Shown: positions 44,670 through 54,091 of the stretch, piece after piece
How positions within the stretch are numbered: the first letter of the stretch is position 1
Layout: each line of letters starts with the position of its first letter
Source of the DNA: an uncultured Acidobacteriota bacterium
Lineage (GTDB): Bacteria > Acidobacteriota > UBA6911 > RPQK01 > JAPXNP01
NCBI GenBank assembly: GCA_963777605.1
Contig: CAVZRV010000027.1
Coordinates: 352,001-416,000 of the forward strand
Length of the DNA: 64,000 bases
Reading direction: 5' to 3'
Made by a program: the position numbers and the translations under genes
The notes under the pieces: model-generated
Database searches by the model: none
What the model was told of the DNA's origin: nothing
What the model saw: only the letters and a program-made list of their open reading frames with translations

Positions 44670-45441
44670 TTCGAGACGGGTAGCGCTATTGACTGGCGGC
44701 ACCCGGGGCATCGGACTCGGAATTGCCCGATGTCTCGCCAGCGCCGGGTTCGATCTGGCACTTTGCGGTCGCCGACCGGCTAAAGAGATCGAATCCGTGC
44801 TCGCGGAGCTGAACGGGAAGAGCTGTGACGCCGCCTACTTTCGTGCCGACATCTCCGAACCCGACGAACGTGTACGGCTCCTCGAAGAGGTCCGGGAACG
44901 CTTCGGCCAACTCCACGTACTGGTCAATAATGCGGGTGTCGCCCCGCGAGAGCGGAATGACCTGCTCGACGCCACAGAAGAGAGCTTTGACTGGGTCCTT
45001 CGGGTTAATCTCCGGGGTCCCTACTTCCTTACCCAGGGCGCCGCGCGATGGATGATCGAGCAGAAACGATCGGATACGGACTTTGAAGGTTGCGTAATTT
45101 TCGTCTCGTCGGTTTCTGCGACGGTCGCCTCCACGAATCGCGGCGAATACTGCATTTCCAAGGCGGGAGTGGCGATGGCAGCCCAACTTTGGGCTGTCCG
45201 CCTGAGCGAATTCGGCATACCGGTCTTCGAGATTCGTCCCGGGATCATCGCAACCGACATGACTGCGGGCGTCCGGTCCAAGTATGACCGAATGATCGAG
45301 GACGGGCTCCTGCTTCAGGCCCGATGGGGAACGCCAGACGACGTCGGCAAAGCCGTTCGGGCCCTCGCCACCGGGGAGTTCCCCTACTCAACTGGCCAGG
45401 TCATCATGATTGACGGAGGAATGCTGGTCGATCGGCTGTGA
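44659..45441 (+). CDS. Short-chain dehydrogenase/reductase (3-ketoacyl-ACP-reductase-like)
   Basis: TGGTRGIG, VNNAG, YCISK (YxxxK), PGIIATDM. Confidence 0.9.
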   Translation: MATSSRRVALLTGGTRGIGLGIARCLASAGFDLALCGRRPAKEIESVLAELNGKSCDAAYFRADISEPDERVRLLEEVRERFGQLHVLVNNAGVAPRERNDLLDATEESFDWVLRVNLRGPYFLTQGAARWMIEQKRSDTDFEGCVIFVSSVSATVASTNRGEYCISKAGVAMAAQLWAVRLSEFGIPVFEIRPGIIATDMTAGVRSKYDRMIEDGLLLQARWGTPDDVGKAVRALATGEFPYSTGQVIMIDGGMLVDRL

Positions 45442-45463
45442 GCAGCGCCGATAACCCTCTCTC

Positions 45464-47083
45464 TCAGTCGTAGGCATTCCACTCCTTGAGCAAGTCACCA
45501 CCGACCGTGAGCAGGCGTACGGTCGAAGGACGGCCGGGTGCACAACCCTCCCCGACAACCAACTCGTCCGTTCCGTCCCGATTCAGGTCAACAGCCGCCA
45601 GGTTGGCCCCGGCTGCCCCCGGGTCGGTGAAAGCGACAAAGTCCCTCACCAGCTGCCAGGGTTCTTTGTCACGGAAGATCCGAATCCAGGGAGGGTATCC
45701 GATCAAAGGACCCGGCGCGACAGCGATGAAGTCGCTCCCGTCAAGGGCGACTACCGCCAGGTTGAGGCCATAGGTTGTGGGGAATGTCTCTCTCCGCGCA
45801 ACTCCGGAAGGGCTCCAGACCACAAAGTCAGAAGGATTCACCGCAATCGGCGCTCCCCACGCGAGCAAATCCGCAGACACGGAAGGTCTGCAGTCGAGCG
45901 GCAGTGGAAGCAACTGGATTCCGTTCCTGAAACCGGTGTTGGGAGAGAGGTTCCATTCTTCCAGGACAGTACCGGTCGGCGAAAAGGAGGCACCCTTGGC
46001 CGGCGATTCCGGTCCGGGCCCCGCTCCAAGAAAAATCTTACCGCAACGAACCGAGACGGATGCTCCGAAAACCTGCGGGAGGTTGGAAGCCAAGAACTCG
46101 GATTCCAGCCTCCCGTCCAGGCTGAACACCCGCACCAGCGGAGGGTTGGATTCACCAGGCCCGGGGACTGCTACCACCTCATCCCCGGCACCGAAGCCGA
46201 CGTCACCGACAGCAATGCGGCCGGAAAAGCCGAATTCGGGGAACGCGGTCCACTCGTTGAGAAGCGTGCCCGACGGATCGAAAACGCGCACCAGCGACGA
46301 GCGGCCCCGCTCAGGGCCGGGCAAGGTCACGATAACAGCCTCTCCGCTGCCGCTGTAGCCCGCCGCAACCTGGACCCCGTCGCCGTAGCTCTCGAAACGA
46401 AAACCGGGGCGCCCCACGCTGAAGCTTCCGAGCATTCCCTGTTTAAAGAAAACCGCCAGCAGGATGCCGAGAACCGCCTGGGATGCCCAGGACGCAAAGA
46501 GGTTGGGGACCCGCACGAAAAGCAGACACCAGCAAAACCCGGCCACCAGCGACAGGATGACCAGGTTTCCGTTCGGCCAGTGCAGCAGGGCGAAGATGAG
46601 CGCTGCCGAGGCAGCTGCGAGTACGGTGGGCAACGAGAGCCGTCTGCCTGAGAACCCGGCACCGGCCTCCATCAGCTCTTCGACATCGGGCTTGATCGAA
46701 CCAAAGACCGTCTCGAAGCGAAGGCGGAGGAAGTTCTGCAGGAGGTACTGCTGTATGCCGGCCCAGACCGGGTAAGAGAGCAACCCTTCCACCTCGCCGG
46801 GCCGCCGACCGAGGATCGCCCCAGCCGTCAGGATCAGCGCCGCCGCCCCGACAGTGAACAGGCCGAAACTGCGAAAGGCCTCCCGCCAGTTCCCGGAGCC
46901 GAGGCCCAGTTGCCACTTCGAATCACCAAAGTACCAGTGGCACCAACCCACCGTGATCATGCAGAAGACATAGGTCAGGGCAAGGAATGCAGTATGGTCG
47001 TACGCCAACCTTCCCCACCACAGATAGGAAAATAGGCTGGCGACAAAAATCAGGATCGCAGATCCGGCGACAAACCTCTGCAT
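45464..47083 (-). CDS. Membrane protein: degenerate CPBP/Abi-like domain fused to FG-GAP-like repeats
   Basis: About 7-8 N-terminal TM helices with QQYLLQ and FALLHWPN; soluble C-terminal repeats (GPG...VRVF, AVGDV..GDEVV, DLNRDGTDELVV). Confidence 0.7.
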   Translation of the reverse strand: MQRFVAGSAILIFVASLFSYLWWGRLAYDHTAFLALTYVFCMITVGWCHWYFGDSKWQLGLGSGNWREAFRSFGLFTVGAAALILTAGAILGRRPGEVEGLLSYPVWAGIQQYLLQNFLRLRFETVFGSIKPDVEELMEAGAGFSGRRLSLPTVLAAASAALIFALLHWPNGNLVILSLVAGFCWCLLFVRVPNLFASWASQAVLGILLAVFFKQGMLGSFSVGRPGFRFESYGDGVQVAAGYSGSGEAVIVTLPGPERGRSSLVRVFDPSGTLLNEWTAFPEFGFSGRIAVGDVGFGAGDEVVAVPGPGESNPPLVRVFSLDGRLESEFLASNLPQVFGASVSVRCGKIFLGAGPGPESPAKGASFSPTGTVLEEWNLSPNTGFRNGIQLLPLPLDCRPSVSADLLAWGAPIAVNPSDFVVWSPSGVARRETFPTTYGLNLAVVALDGSDFIAVAPGPLIGYPPWIRIFRDKEPWQLVRDFVAFTDPGAAGANLAAVDLNRDGTDELVVGEGCAPGRPSTVRLLTVGGDLLKEWNAYD

Positions 47084-47232
47084 CGACAACCTTTGCTCTG
47101 CGCGGCGTCATCTACACGGACAACGCCTGCTTCAATTCCATCGGCCGCCCGCCCGCGGGCAGCGCCGGTGTCGTAACGCGGTATCATTGTAGAGTCTTAT
47201 CTGGAATAGTTGCATCCACCTGGGGGAAATCG

Positions 47233-48129
47233 TTGGTAGCGTTTCCGAACAGCACCGCGTTGAAAGCGTGGACGATTGTGCTTCTCTTCGTCCTGACTAC
47301 CGGCAGTCAGGGGTGGTTATGGGCCGCGCCGGCATCGACTCCACGGCGCATCGTGTCCACGGCGCCGAGCATTACCGAGATGATCTACGCGCTGAGAGCG
47401 GATGAACTCCTCGTGGGTGTGACGAGCTACTGTGACTACCCTCCCGAGGCGCAATCCAAGACCATAATCGGGGATTTCGCTTCACCCAATGTCGAGACCG
47501 TCCTGAAACTGCGTCCGGACCTGGTCGTCGTGCTGTCAGACCGCGACGACGTTCTGAACAAGCTTTCCCCGTTTCACGTCCCGACGCTGGTTCTGCGTCA
47601 GGAGACTCTCGACGATGTCTTCCAATCGCTGAGAACGCTGGGCGCCGCCATCGGCCGCGCTGAACAGGCAGAACTTCTTTCGCGCAGCCTCGCCGACCAA
47701 CTCAGCCGGATTGCCAGTTCGGCGGAAGCGAAAATACACCCCAGTGTCTTCTTTGTAGTCAGCCGTGATGTAGGCGCGCTGACGGGCCTTTACAGCGTCG
47801 GGAAAGGGAGCTACATCGACCAGTTGATTGAAATCGCCGGAGGAAAGAACGTTTTGGGGCCCTTGTCCGCCGCCTACCCAAAGGTGTCGGTTGAAGAGGT
47901 TCTGGCCCGCAATCCGGACATAATCGTTGACATGTCCCACGGCGGTGGCACCTCGCCGGAACAGATTCAGAGGGTAAAGTCCATTTGGTCCGCCCTGGAC
48001 ACCGTCTCGGCCGTCCGAAACAATCGTGTCTACGTCCTCGACAGCGACGTGTTCATCGTCCCGGGGCCCCGCGTGGTGGAGGCCGCAGCCCGGTTGGATC
48101 AAGTTTTTCACGAATCGCATGAACGCTGA
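47233..48129 (+). CDS. Cobalamin/siderophore/heme ABC transporter substrate-binding protein (BtuF-like)
   Basis: RIVSTAPSITEMIYAL, VGVTSYCDYP, LRPDLV, NPDII, PGPR; TTG start inferred. Confidence 0.87.
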   Translation: MVAFPNSTALKAWTIVLLFVLTTGSQGWLWAAPASTPRRIVSTAPSITEMIYALRADELLVGVTSYCDYPPEAQSKTIIGDFASPNVETVLKLRPDLVVVLSDRDDVLNKLSPFHVPTLVLRQETLDDVFQSLRTLGAAIGRAEQAELLSRSLADQLSRIASSAEAKIHPSVFFVVSRDVGALTGLYSVGKGSYIDQLIEIAGGKNVLGPLSAAYPKVSVEEVLARNPDIIVDMSHGGGTSPEQIQRVKSIWSALDTVSAVRNNRVYVLDSDVFIVPGPRVVEAAARLDQVFHESHER

Positions 48130-48925
48130 ATCCGCTCCCTCAGAAGTCTATTCTGTCCGCTCGCTGGGTCATCGCTTCGACGCCATCGAAGTCCTCAGAG
48201 ACATCACGTTTTCCGTGGTGGAAGGAGAGATTGTCGGGCTGGTCGGCCCCAATGGTGCCGGCAAGACCACTCTCCTTCGGATCCTCTGCGGCCTGTTGCG
48301 GGGATGGACCGGTGAACTGGACTTCATGGCCCGCCCAATTCGCAACTGGGACCGCCAGGCCTTCGCCCGGGTCGTCGCGTACCTTCCCCAGCAGACTCGA
48401 ATCGCCTTCCCGTATACCGTGCGCGAGATCGTCCTGATGGGACGATTGCCCCACCAGGATGGAAGCTTCTTCGAAAGCAGGACCGACCACGCGAGAGTTG
48501 AAGAAGTTCTCGAACTGACCGGCTGTTCCCACCTGGCTTCCCGTTACTTCCAGGACTTGAGCGGTGGGGAACAACAACTCGTCAGCCTGGCCAGCGCCCT
48601 GGCGCAGGATCCTTCCGTCCTCCTGCTCGACGAGCCGACCGTCTTCCTGGATCTGAAGCACCAGTTGCAAATCTACCAGATCCTCCGCCGGCTCCAACAG
48701 GTCAACCGGATGACTCTGATTATCGTCACCCACGACCTGAGCCTGGCACAGTCATTCTGCCGTCGCCTGCTCTTTTTGAAAAAGGGAAACATCCTCGCCG
48801 ACTTGAGTTCGGATTCCGCTCCAATCAAGATAGGTCCGCAGTTGATCGAAGAGGTTTTCGACGTGAAAGCAACTGTGCTTGGTGGGGGCGAAAACCCTCG
48901 CATCGAGCTTCGCTTTGGGCAATGA
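48119..48925 (+). CDS. ABC transporter ATP-binding protein (BtuD/FecE-like)
   Basis: GPNGAGKT, LSGGEQQ, LLDEPT..LD, VTHDL. Confidence 0.9.
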   Translation: MNAESAPSEVYSVRSLGHRFDAIEVLRDITFSVVEGEIVGLVGPNGAGKTTLLRILCGLLRGWTGELDFMARPIRNWDRQAFARVVAYLPQQTRIAFPYTVREIVLMGRLPHQDGSFFESRTDHARVEEVLELTGCSHLASRYFQDLSGGEQQLVSLASALAQDPSVLLLDEPTVFLDLKHQLQIYQILRRLQQVNRMTLIIVTHDLSLAQSFCRRLLFLKKGNILADLSSDSAPIKIGPQLIEEVFDVKATVLGGGENPRIELRFGQ

Positions 48926-48967
48926 ACGGAATCGGTTCGAAAAGGGCGATCGAGAGGGGAACCTGCG

Positions 48968-49993
48968 GTGTCGGCAGTCTTGAGATCTGACCACCTGACG
49001 AAATCACGATTTCTGCTGATCGTTGGCGGATCTCTGCTGATCTGCCTGGCGGTCGCCTTGCTGGCGCCTTTCTTCGGCCCCATTGGGGTCAGCATCTGGA
49101 CCGCACTTTCCGACCCGGCGAGCCTGGATCACCAGATTATCTTCCGGGCCCGCATGCCGAGGATCCTCTTTGCGATGCTGGTCGGCGGGGTGCTGGCTTC
49201 CTCCGGAGTCGTCTTCCAGGCGATTCTCAGGAACCCTCTTGCGAGCCCGTTCACCCTGGGAGTTTCTGGGGGTGCCTCCCTGGGAGCTGTCGTAGCGATC
49301 CTCCTGGGGCTCGAAACCACGTTCTACGGATTCGGGTTTCTGCCGTTAGCATCGTTTGCCGGAGCCCTGATCGTGGTTCTCGTAGTCTACGGGCTCTCCC
49401 GTTCGAGGCATCACGTGTCTCCTCTGACGCTGCTGCTGGCCGGGGTCGTGCTGAACTACATCTGTGCAGGACTGATCCTCCTGATTCACTACTTTTCCAA
49501 CTTCACCAAGTCGTTCCTGATGACGCGCTGGATGATGGGTGGACTCGACGTCTACGACTATTCGGTCTTTGCGGGCCTGAGCCCCTTCCTGATCATCGGC
49601 TTTCCGATCCTCCTCTACTCTTCCCGACACCTCAATGTGTTGAGCGCCGGCGAGGATTGGGCAACGGTCCGCGGTGTTGACGTGCACAGGTTGATTACGC
49701 TTCAGTACTTTGCGACCTCACTACTGACGGGCGCGGTGATCGCCTACAGTGGGCCGGTGGGTTTTGTTGGCCTCATCGTTCCCCACGTCCTCCGAATTAT
49801 CCTGGGAGCCGACCACCGCGTCCTTCTTCCCGCGTCGGTCTTCCTGGGGGGAGCTTTCTTGATCGCGTGCGACACCGTCGCACGTACGATTCTGGCCCCC
49901 ACGGAAATTCCGGTCGGCATCCTGACATCCATCCTGGGAGGTCCGTTCTTTCTCTGGCTCCTGCTGAAGAGGCGGCAGGAGTTCTTCTTTTGA
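48968..49993 (+). CDS. FecCD/BtuC-family ABC permease
   Basis: RMPR, RNPLASP..LGVSGGA, GFVGLIVPH, EIPVG..GGPFF. Confidence 0.92.
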   Translation: MSAVLRSDHLTKSRFLLIVGGSLLICLAVALLAPFFGPIGVSIWTALSDPASLDHQIIFRARMPRILFAMLVGGVLASSGVVFQAILRNPLASPFTLGVSGGASLGAVVAILLGLETTFYGFGFLPLASFAGALIVVLVVYGLSRSRHHVSPLTLLLAGVVLNYICAGLILLIHYFSNFTKSFLMTRWMMGGLDVYDYSVFAGLSPFLIIGFPILLYSSRHLNVLSAGEDWATVRGVDVHRLITLQYFATSLLTGAVIAYSGPVGFVGLIVPHVLRIILGADHRVLLPASVFLGGAFLIACDTVARTILAPTEIPVGILTSILGGPFFLWLLLKRRQEFFF

Positions 49994-50098
49994 CCCGGCA
50001 AAAACCAAAGGGAAGAGTCTTGAACGGGCAGTCTGTTGCCGATCATTCAGGTACACTACAAGAAAAAATCACAGGGACCGATTTTTGAGAACTTGTCA

Positions 50099-51728
50099 AT
50101 GAAGTATTCATCACACAAGGTGTTCCAGACCGGCGGACTGGCTGCACTGGCCTTTCTCCTGCTCGGAAGTGCGGACCCGCTGGACACTCACCTGGTGGAG
50201 TCCATTACCGCTCACGAGTTGAAATCGATTGTCTACTTTCTGGCCTCGGACGCCATGAAGGGGCGCGACACCGGGACCGAAACCAACCAGATCGCTGCCG
50301 AGTACCTGGCGCACCAACTGGATCTCCTCGAGTTGAATCCGATGGGGCCGGCAGACCGTTATCTGGAACCATTCAAGCTGGTTCGCGGTACCCTGGAGGA
50401 AGGCAACCAGCTCGAACTGGTCGGACAACACCGAAGCGGACAGGAGGCCCGGATTCTGCAGGATTTCTACCCGTCCTCGCTGAGCGCCTCCGGCACGGCT
50501 TCGGGAGACCTGGAGTTTGTGGGTTACGGCATCAGCGCTCCCGAACTGGGCTACGACGATTTTGATGGGGTCGATCTTTCCGGCAAGGTAGCAGTCATGA
50601 TGATCGGGGCACCCAACCCCGATGACTCCGATTCCGGATTCGATGAATTCAGTGCAACGGAATCCGGCCGCGAACTAAAGAAGATTCTCGCAGCCCAGCA
50701 GCACGGAGCCAGGGCGGTGATTCTGTTCTCACCGGGGCGAGCAGGATCCCTCTATCGCCAGGCCCGCCACCGTTGGCCCGAGAATCCTGGAGCCGGCGGA
50801 TTCACCCTGGCCTATGAAGTGTCCCGGGTGAACATCCCGGTTCTCTACGCAAGCAGGGACATTCTCGAGTCAACCGCCGGAGTCAACTTCAAAGTGCTCA
50901 AGGAGGAAATGGACAAGAGGCTGGCTCCTGCCAGCAGACCGCTGGGCGCCTCCGCCCGAATCCACACCTCGATCGGTCGGACAGCGGTCGAGGCAAACAA
51001 TGTGGTCGGAGCAATCCCGGGGTCCGATCCTCTTCTCCGCCACGAATGGGTCATCGTGAGCGCGCACTTCGATCACGTGGGAACCTCCGGCGATGCCATC
51101 TTCAACGGCGCCGACGACGACGCCAGCGGGACATCTGGAGTACTCGAAATAGCCGAGGCATTTACCAAGAGCCCCGCACGACCTCGCCGTTCCGTTCTTT
51201 TCGCCTTCTGGAACGCGGAAGAGCAGGGTCTGCTGGGATCGCGTTACTTTGTTGAGTCCGCCCCCATTTCCACAGCAATGGTCCGGACCGTGGTCCAACT
51301 CGACATGATCGGCCGGGACCAGGAGGTAGACAACCCCGAAGACTCCCGTTTCGGCGGAATGCGGAGGCAGACGGCAGAAGAAAACCGGGACACGGTTAAT
51401 GTGATCGGCTACAGCCGAAGCCATGACATTCAGGAATTTGGTCGAAAGGGCCAACCAGCCGATCGGGCTCCGGCTGTTGTACGAAATGGACGACAATCCC
51501 CTCAACCTGATACGACGTAGCGATTCCTGGCCGTTCCTGGCCCACGGAGTCCCGTCGGTCTTCTTCACGACTGGGCTCCATCCCGACTATCACACGCCGG
51601 AGGACCGTCCGGAGAAACTTGATTATCCGAAAATGGAGCGAGTCACCCGACTGGCCTTCCTGACCGCCTGGGATGCAGCTAACTCGGACCGGCCGATCAA
51701 GCTGGAACCGATCGGAGCCGCACGGTGA
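50099..51728 (+). pseudogene. Secreted M28 peptidase with PA domain, +1 frameshift at ~51437-51439 (likely sequencing error)
   Basis: GRDTG, SAHFDH, NGADDDASG, AEEQGLLGS, DMIGR, then in the next frame RSDSWPF...GLHPDYH..D. Removing one T from GAATTTGGTC restores ...QELVERAN. Confidence 0.82.
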
Positions 51729-52219
51729 GCTCAGAGCAGACGGCGGATGCACTTCTGAAACAGGCCATCTTTCTCTTGAAGGAGGACTTTCAGCCCCGCC
51801 TTCGCACTGCTGTCGAACAGTTGTCCGAAGAGCAAGTCTGGTGGAGACCCAATCAGCGCTCCAACAGTGTCGGCAACCTCATCCTCCACCTCTGCGGCAA
51901 CATCCGTCAGTGGATCGTCGCCGGCGTGGGAAATGAGCTGGACCGTCGCCAGCGAGACCTCGAGTTTACCCACGATGGCCCGCTCAGCCGGACCGAACTC
52001 CTTGAACGGCTCGAATCGACCGTCCGTGAAGCATGTCACGTGCTCGAAGGTTTCGATCGCAACCAGGTCAATGAGAAGAGGCATATCCAGGTTTACGAAG
52101 TGTCTGTGGTCCAGGCAGTCATGCACGTGGTCGAGCATTTCAGCTACCATCTGGGCCAGGTTGTTTACGTGACCAAGATGCTTGCTGACGTGGATCTCAA
52201 GTTCTACAAAGGCCTGTAG
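51725..52219 (+). CDS. DinB/DUF1572-family protein
   Basis: WWRPN..SNSVGNLILHLCGNIRQW, RDLEF, HVVEHFSYHLGQ. Confidence 0.88.
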   Translation: MSSEQTADALLKQAIFLLKEDFQPRLRTAVEQLSEEQVWWRPNQRSNSVGNLILHLCGNIRQWIVAGVGNELDRRQRDLEFTHDGPLSRTELLERLESTVREACHVLEGFDRNQVNEKRHIQVYEVSVVQAVMHVVEHFSYHLGQVVYVTKMLADVDLKFYKGL

Positions 52220-52450
52220 GCAGACCTCCACGATACGCGAGCTCAGTGGTGTGGTCTCCGTTCGCACCAACCTTTTCCTCTCCGGCGACCGCTCCTGTGT
52301 CCGCGGTACCCAGCGGTGCGCTCCCGAACTGGGATTGTTGTCAAAAAATGTGGCCGTATTTCGACGTTGCGGAAGCGGCTCAGTCGCAGCTTTCCCATGG
52401 CTTTGTCCAAACCTGTACAATCGCTGCAACAAGACACTGGAGGCGATCTA

Positions 52451-52876
52451 ATGAAGAAAATGTTCCTTCTTGGCGTGGCGATGCTGTTCGCAATGCCCCT
52501 TGGATTCGGAGCAGGAGCGGACGAACCGGTCTCGGTGGCCTATTTCTACACGGTGAAATGGGGTTACCAGCAGGAGTTTCTCAGCCTGTTCGCTAAGAAC
52601 CACTACCCCGTTCTCAAAGAACAGGTGAAATCCGGACGGATTCTGGACATCAAGACCTACGAACCCACCTTTCATGGTGATGGAAGGGCGGACTGGACCT
52701 TCATGGTGGTCCTGACCTTCAAGAACTGGCAGGTTCTTTCCGATGCCTCCGAAGAAGAGGCCATCAAGCTTCGCCTTTATCCGGACCAGGCGGCGTTTCT
52801 CAAGGAAGAGCAGCGGCGCTTCGAGATTCTGGAAGCTCACTGGGACGTACCTCTCAAGCCGGCTGCACTGCACTGA
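52451..52876 (+). CDS. Secreted hypothetical protein (possibly dimeric alpha-beta barrel)
   Basis: GGAGG SD, signal peptide, YTVKWG...HWD conserved-looking motifs. Confidence 0.75.
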   Translation: MKKMFLLGVAMLFAMPLGFGAGADEPVSVAYFYTVKWGYQQEFLSLFAKNHYPVLKEQVKSGRILDIKTYEPTFHGDGRADWTFMVVLTFKNWQVLSDASEEEAIKLRLYPDQAAFLKEEQRRFEILEAHWDVPLKPAALH

Positions 52877-53073
52877 TGCCAGGGGAACCGGAAGACCAGG
52901 AATTCCAGGCCGCTCGTGTTTTGTTTCGGTTGGGTGACAAACCAACCCCGGGAAATCCAGTTTCGTATAACAGGTTGGAGCCGGAACGAGAGAACATCGC
53001 GGCGGGATGTGACATTCCGCGCCCGACCTGGTGCAGCCGCGGCGAGGGACGTCGCTCAATCGGAGGATAGCCA

Positions 53074-54069
53074 TTGTTACCGGAATTCGAACCGCCAAGA
53101 CGCCAGCGACAGGAAAGACTCACGTTCTTCAAACCCGGGAGCCGGTGGCGAGCTTCGTGCTTTCGCATTTCGACCTGTAAAGCGAATCTGACGTCTCTGG
53201 TCAGCCGGCATGCCGCTACCACCAGGTTCTCCTACTGGCTGGCCGCGATTTGGCTGATGGGATTGCTGGTCGGCGCTGCTCCTGGACAGCAACCCGAGGT
53301 GGTCTGGCTCGGCTCCGACAAGCAGCCGCTGCCGTTTGCCGACCTCGATAAAATTCAGGAGTTTCTCCGTCAGGCCCGCGTGGTTTCGATCAAGGACGTA
53401 GAGACGGGAGTCACCCACCCCTGGAAAGTGCGTCTCGAACAGGACGGTGTTCAGGCAAATGCCATCTTCCGTTATGTTGATTTGTTCAGGAAGCGGTGGC
53501 GATCAGAGAACGGACTGAGAAAGAACTTCAGAGACTCCTACCGGTACGAATGCGCCGCTTTCGAACTGGGCCGCCTGTTCGGATTTGGGAACGTTCCGCC
53601 AGCCGTGCTTCGGACGATTAAGGGGAAGCCGGGCAGCCTGCAACTCTGGATCGAGAACTCCATGACCGAGTCCGAAAGGCGCGACCGGGGACTGGAGCCG
53701 CCCGACGAGGAGAAGTGGACCCGAAACTACCAGATGATGTACCTCTTCGATAATCTGATCTACAACGACGATCGGAATTACGGGAACATCCTGGCTGACG
53801 GAGCCTGGAACTTCTGGATGATCGACGCGAGCCGGTCGTTTCTCCAGCTTGGCGAGCTCAAGACCCCCTCCATAGTCCGAGTCTGCAGCCGGCAGGTGTG
53901 GGACCGCCTGCAGAACGTCTCGGACGACGAGATCAAGCAGCACCTCCACGACATCTTGAAGGACTCGGAACTGGAACCCCTGCTCGTTCGACGCCGGCTT
54001 CTCGTCGAACTGCTCCGCAAGGAAATAGAAGTCCGGGGAGAAGACCAGGTCCTCTTTGACGAGAATTGA
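53074..54069 (+). CDS. Exported or membrane-anchored atypical kinase-fold protein (PI3/PI4-kinase, HipA or FAM20-like motifs)
   Basis: GGAGG before TTG; hydrophobic segment; ECAAFEL, VPP, GSLQLW, FDNLIYNDDRNYGNIL, IDASRSF. Confidence 0.7.
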   Translation: MLPEFEPPRRQRQERLTFFKPGSRWRASCFRISTCKANLTSLVSRHAATTRFSYWLAAIWLMGLLVGAAPGQQPEVVWLGSDKQPLPFADLDKIQEFLRQARVVSIKDVETGVTHPWKVRLEQDGVQANAIFRYVDLFRKRWRSENGLRKNFRDSYRYECAAFELGRLFGFGNVPPAVLRTIKGKPGSLQLWIENSMTESERRDRGLEPPDEEKWTRNYQMMYLFDNLIYNDDRNYGNILADGAWNFWMIDASRSFLQLGELKTPSIVRVCSRQVWDRLQNVSDDEIKQHLHDILKDSELEPLLVRRRLLVELLRKEIEVRGEDQVLFDEN

Positions 54070-54091
54070 CGATTGCCCGGACTCGAATGCC

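Noticed and set aside
47084-47232. Expected cobalamin riboswitch or Fur box upstream of the BtuFCD-like operon
   Set aside because: No B12-box (GGGAA...GCCACTG) or clear Fur palindrome is visible, so the transported substrate stays unassigned.
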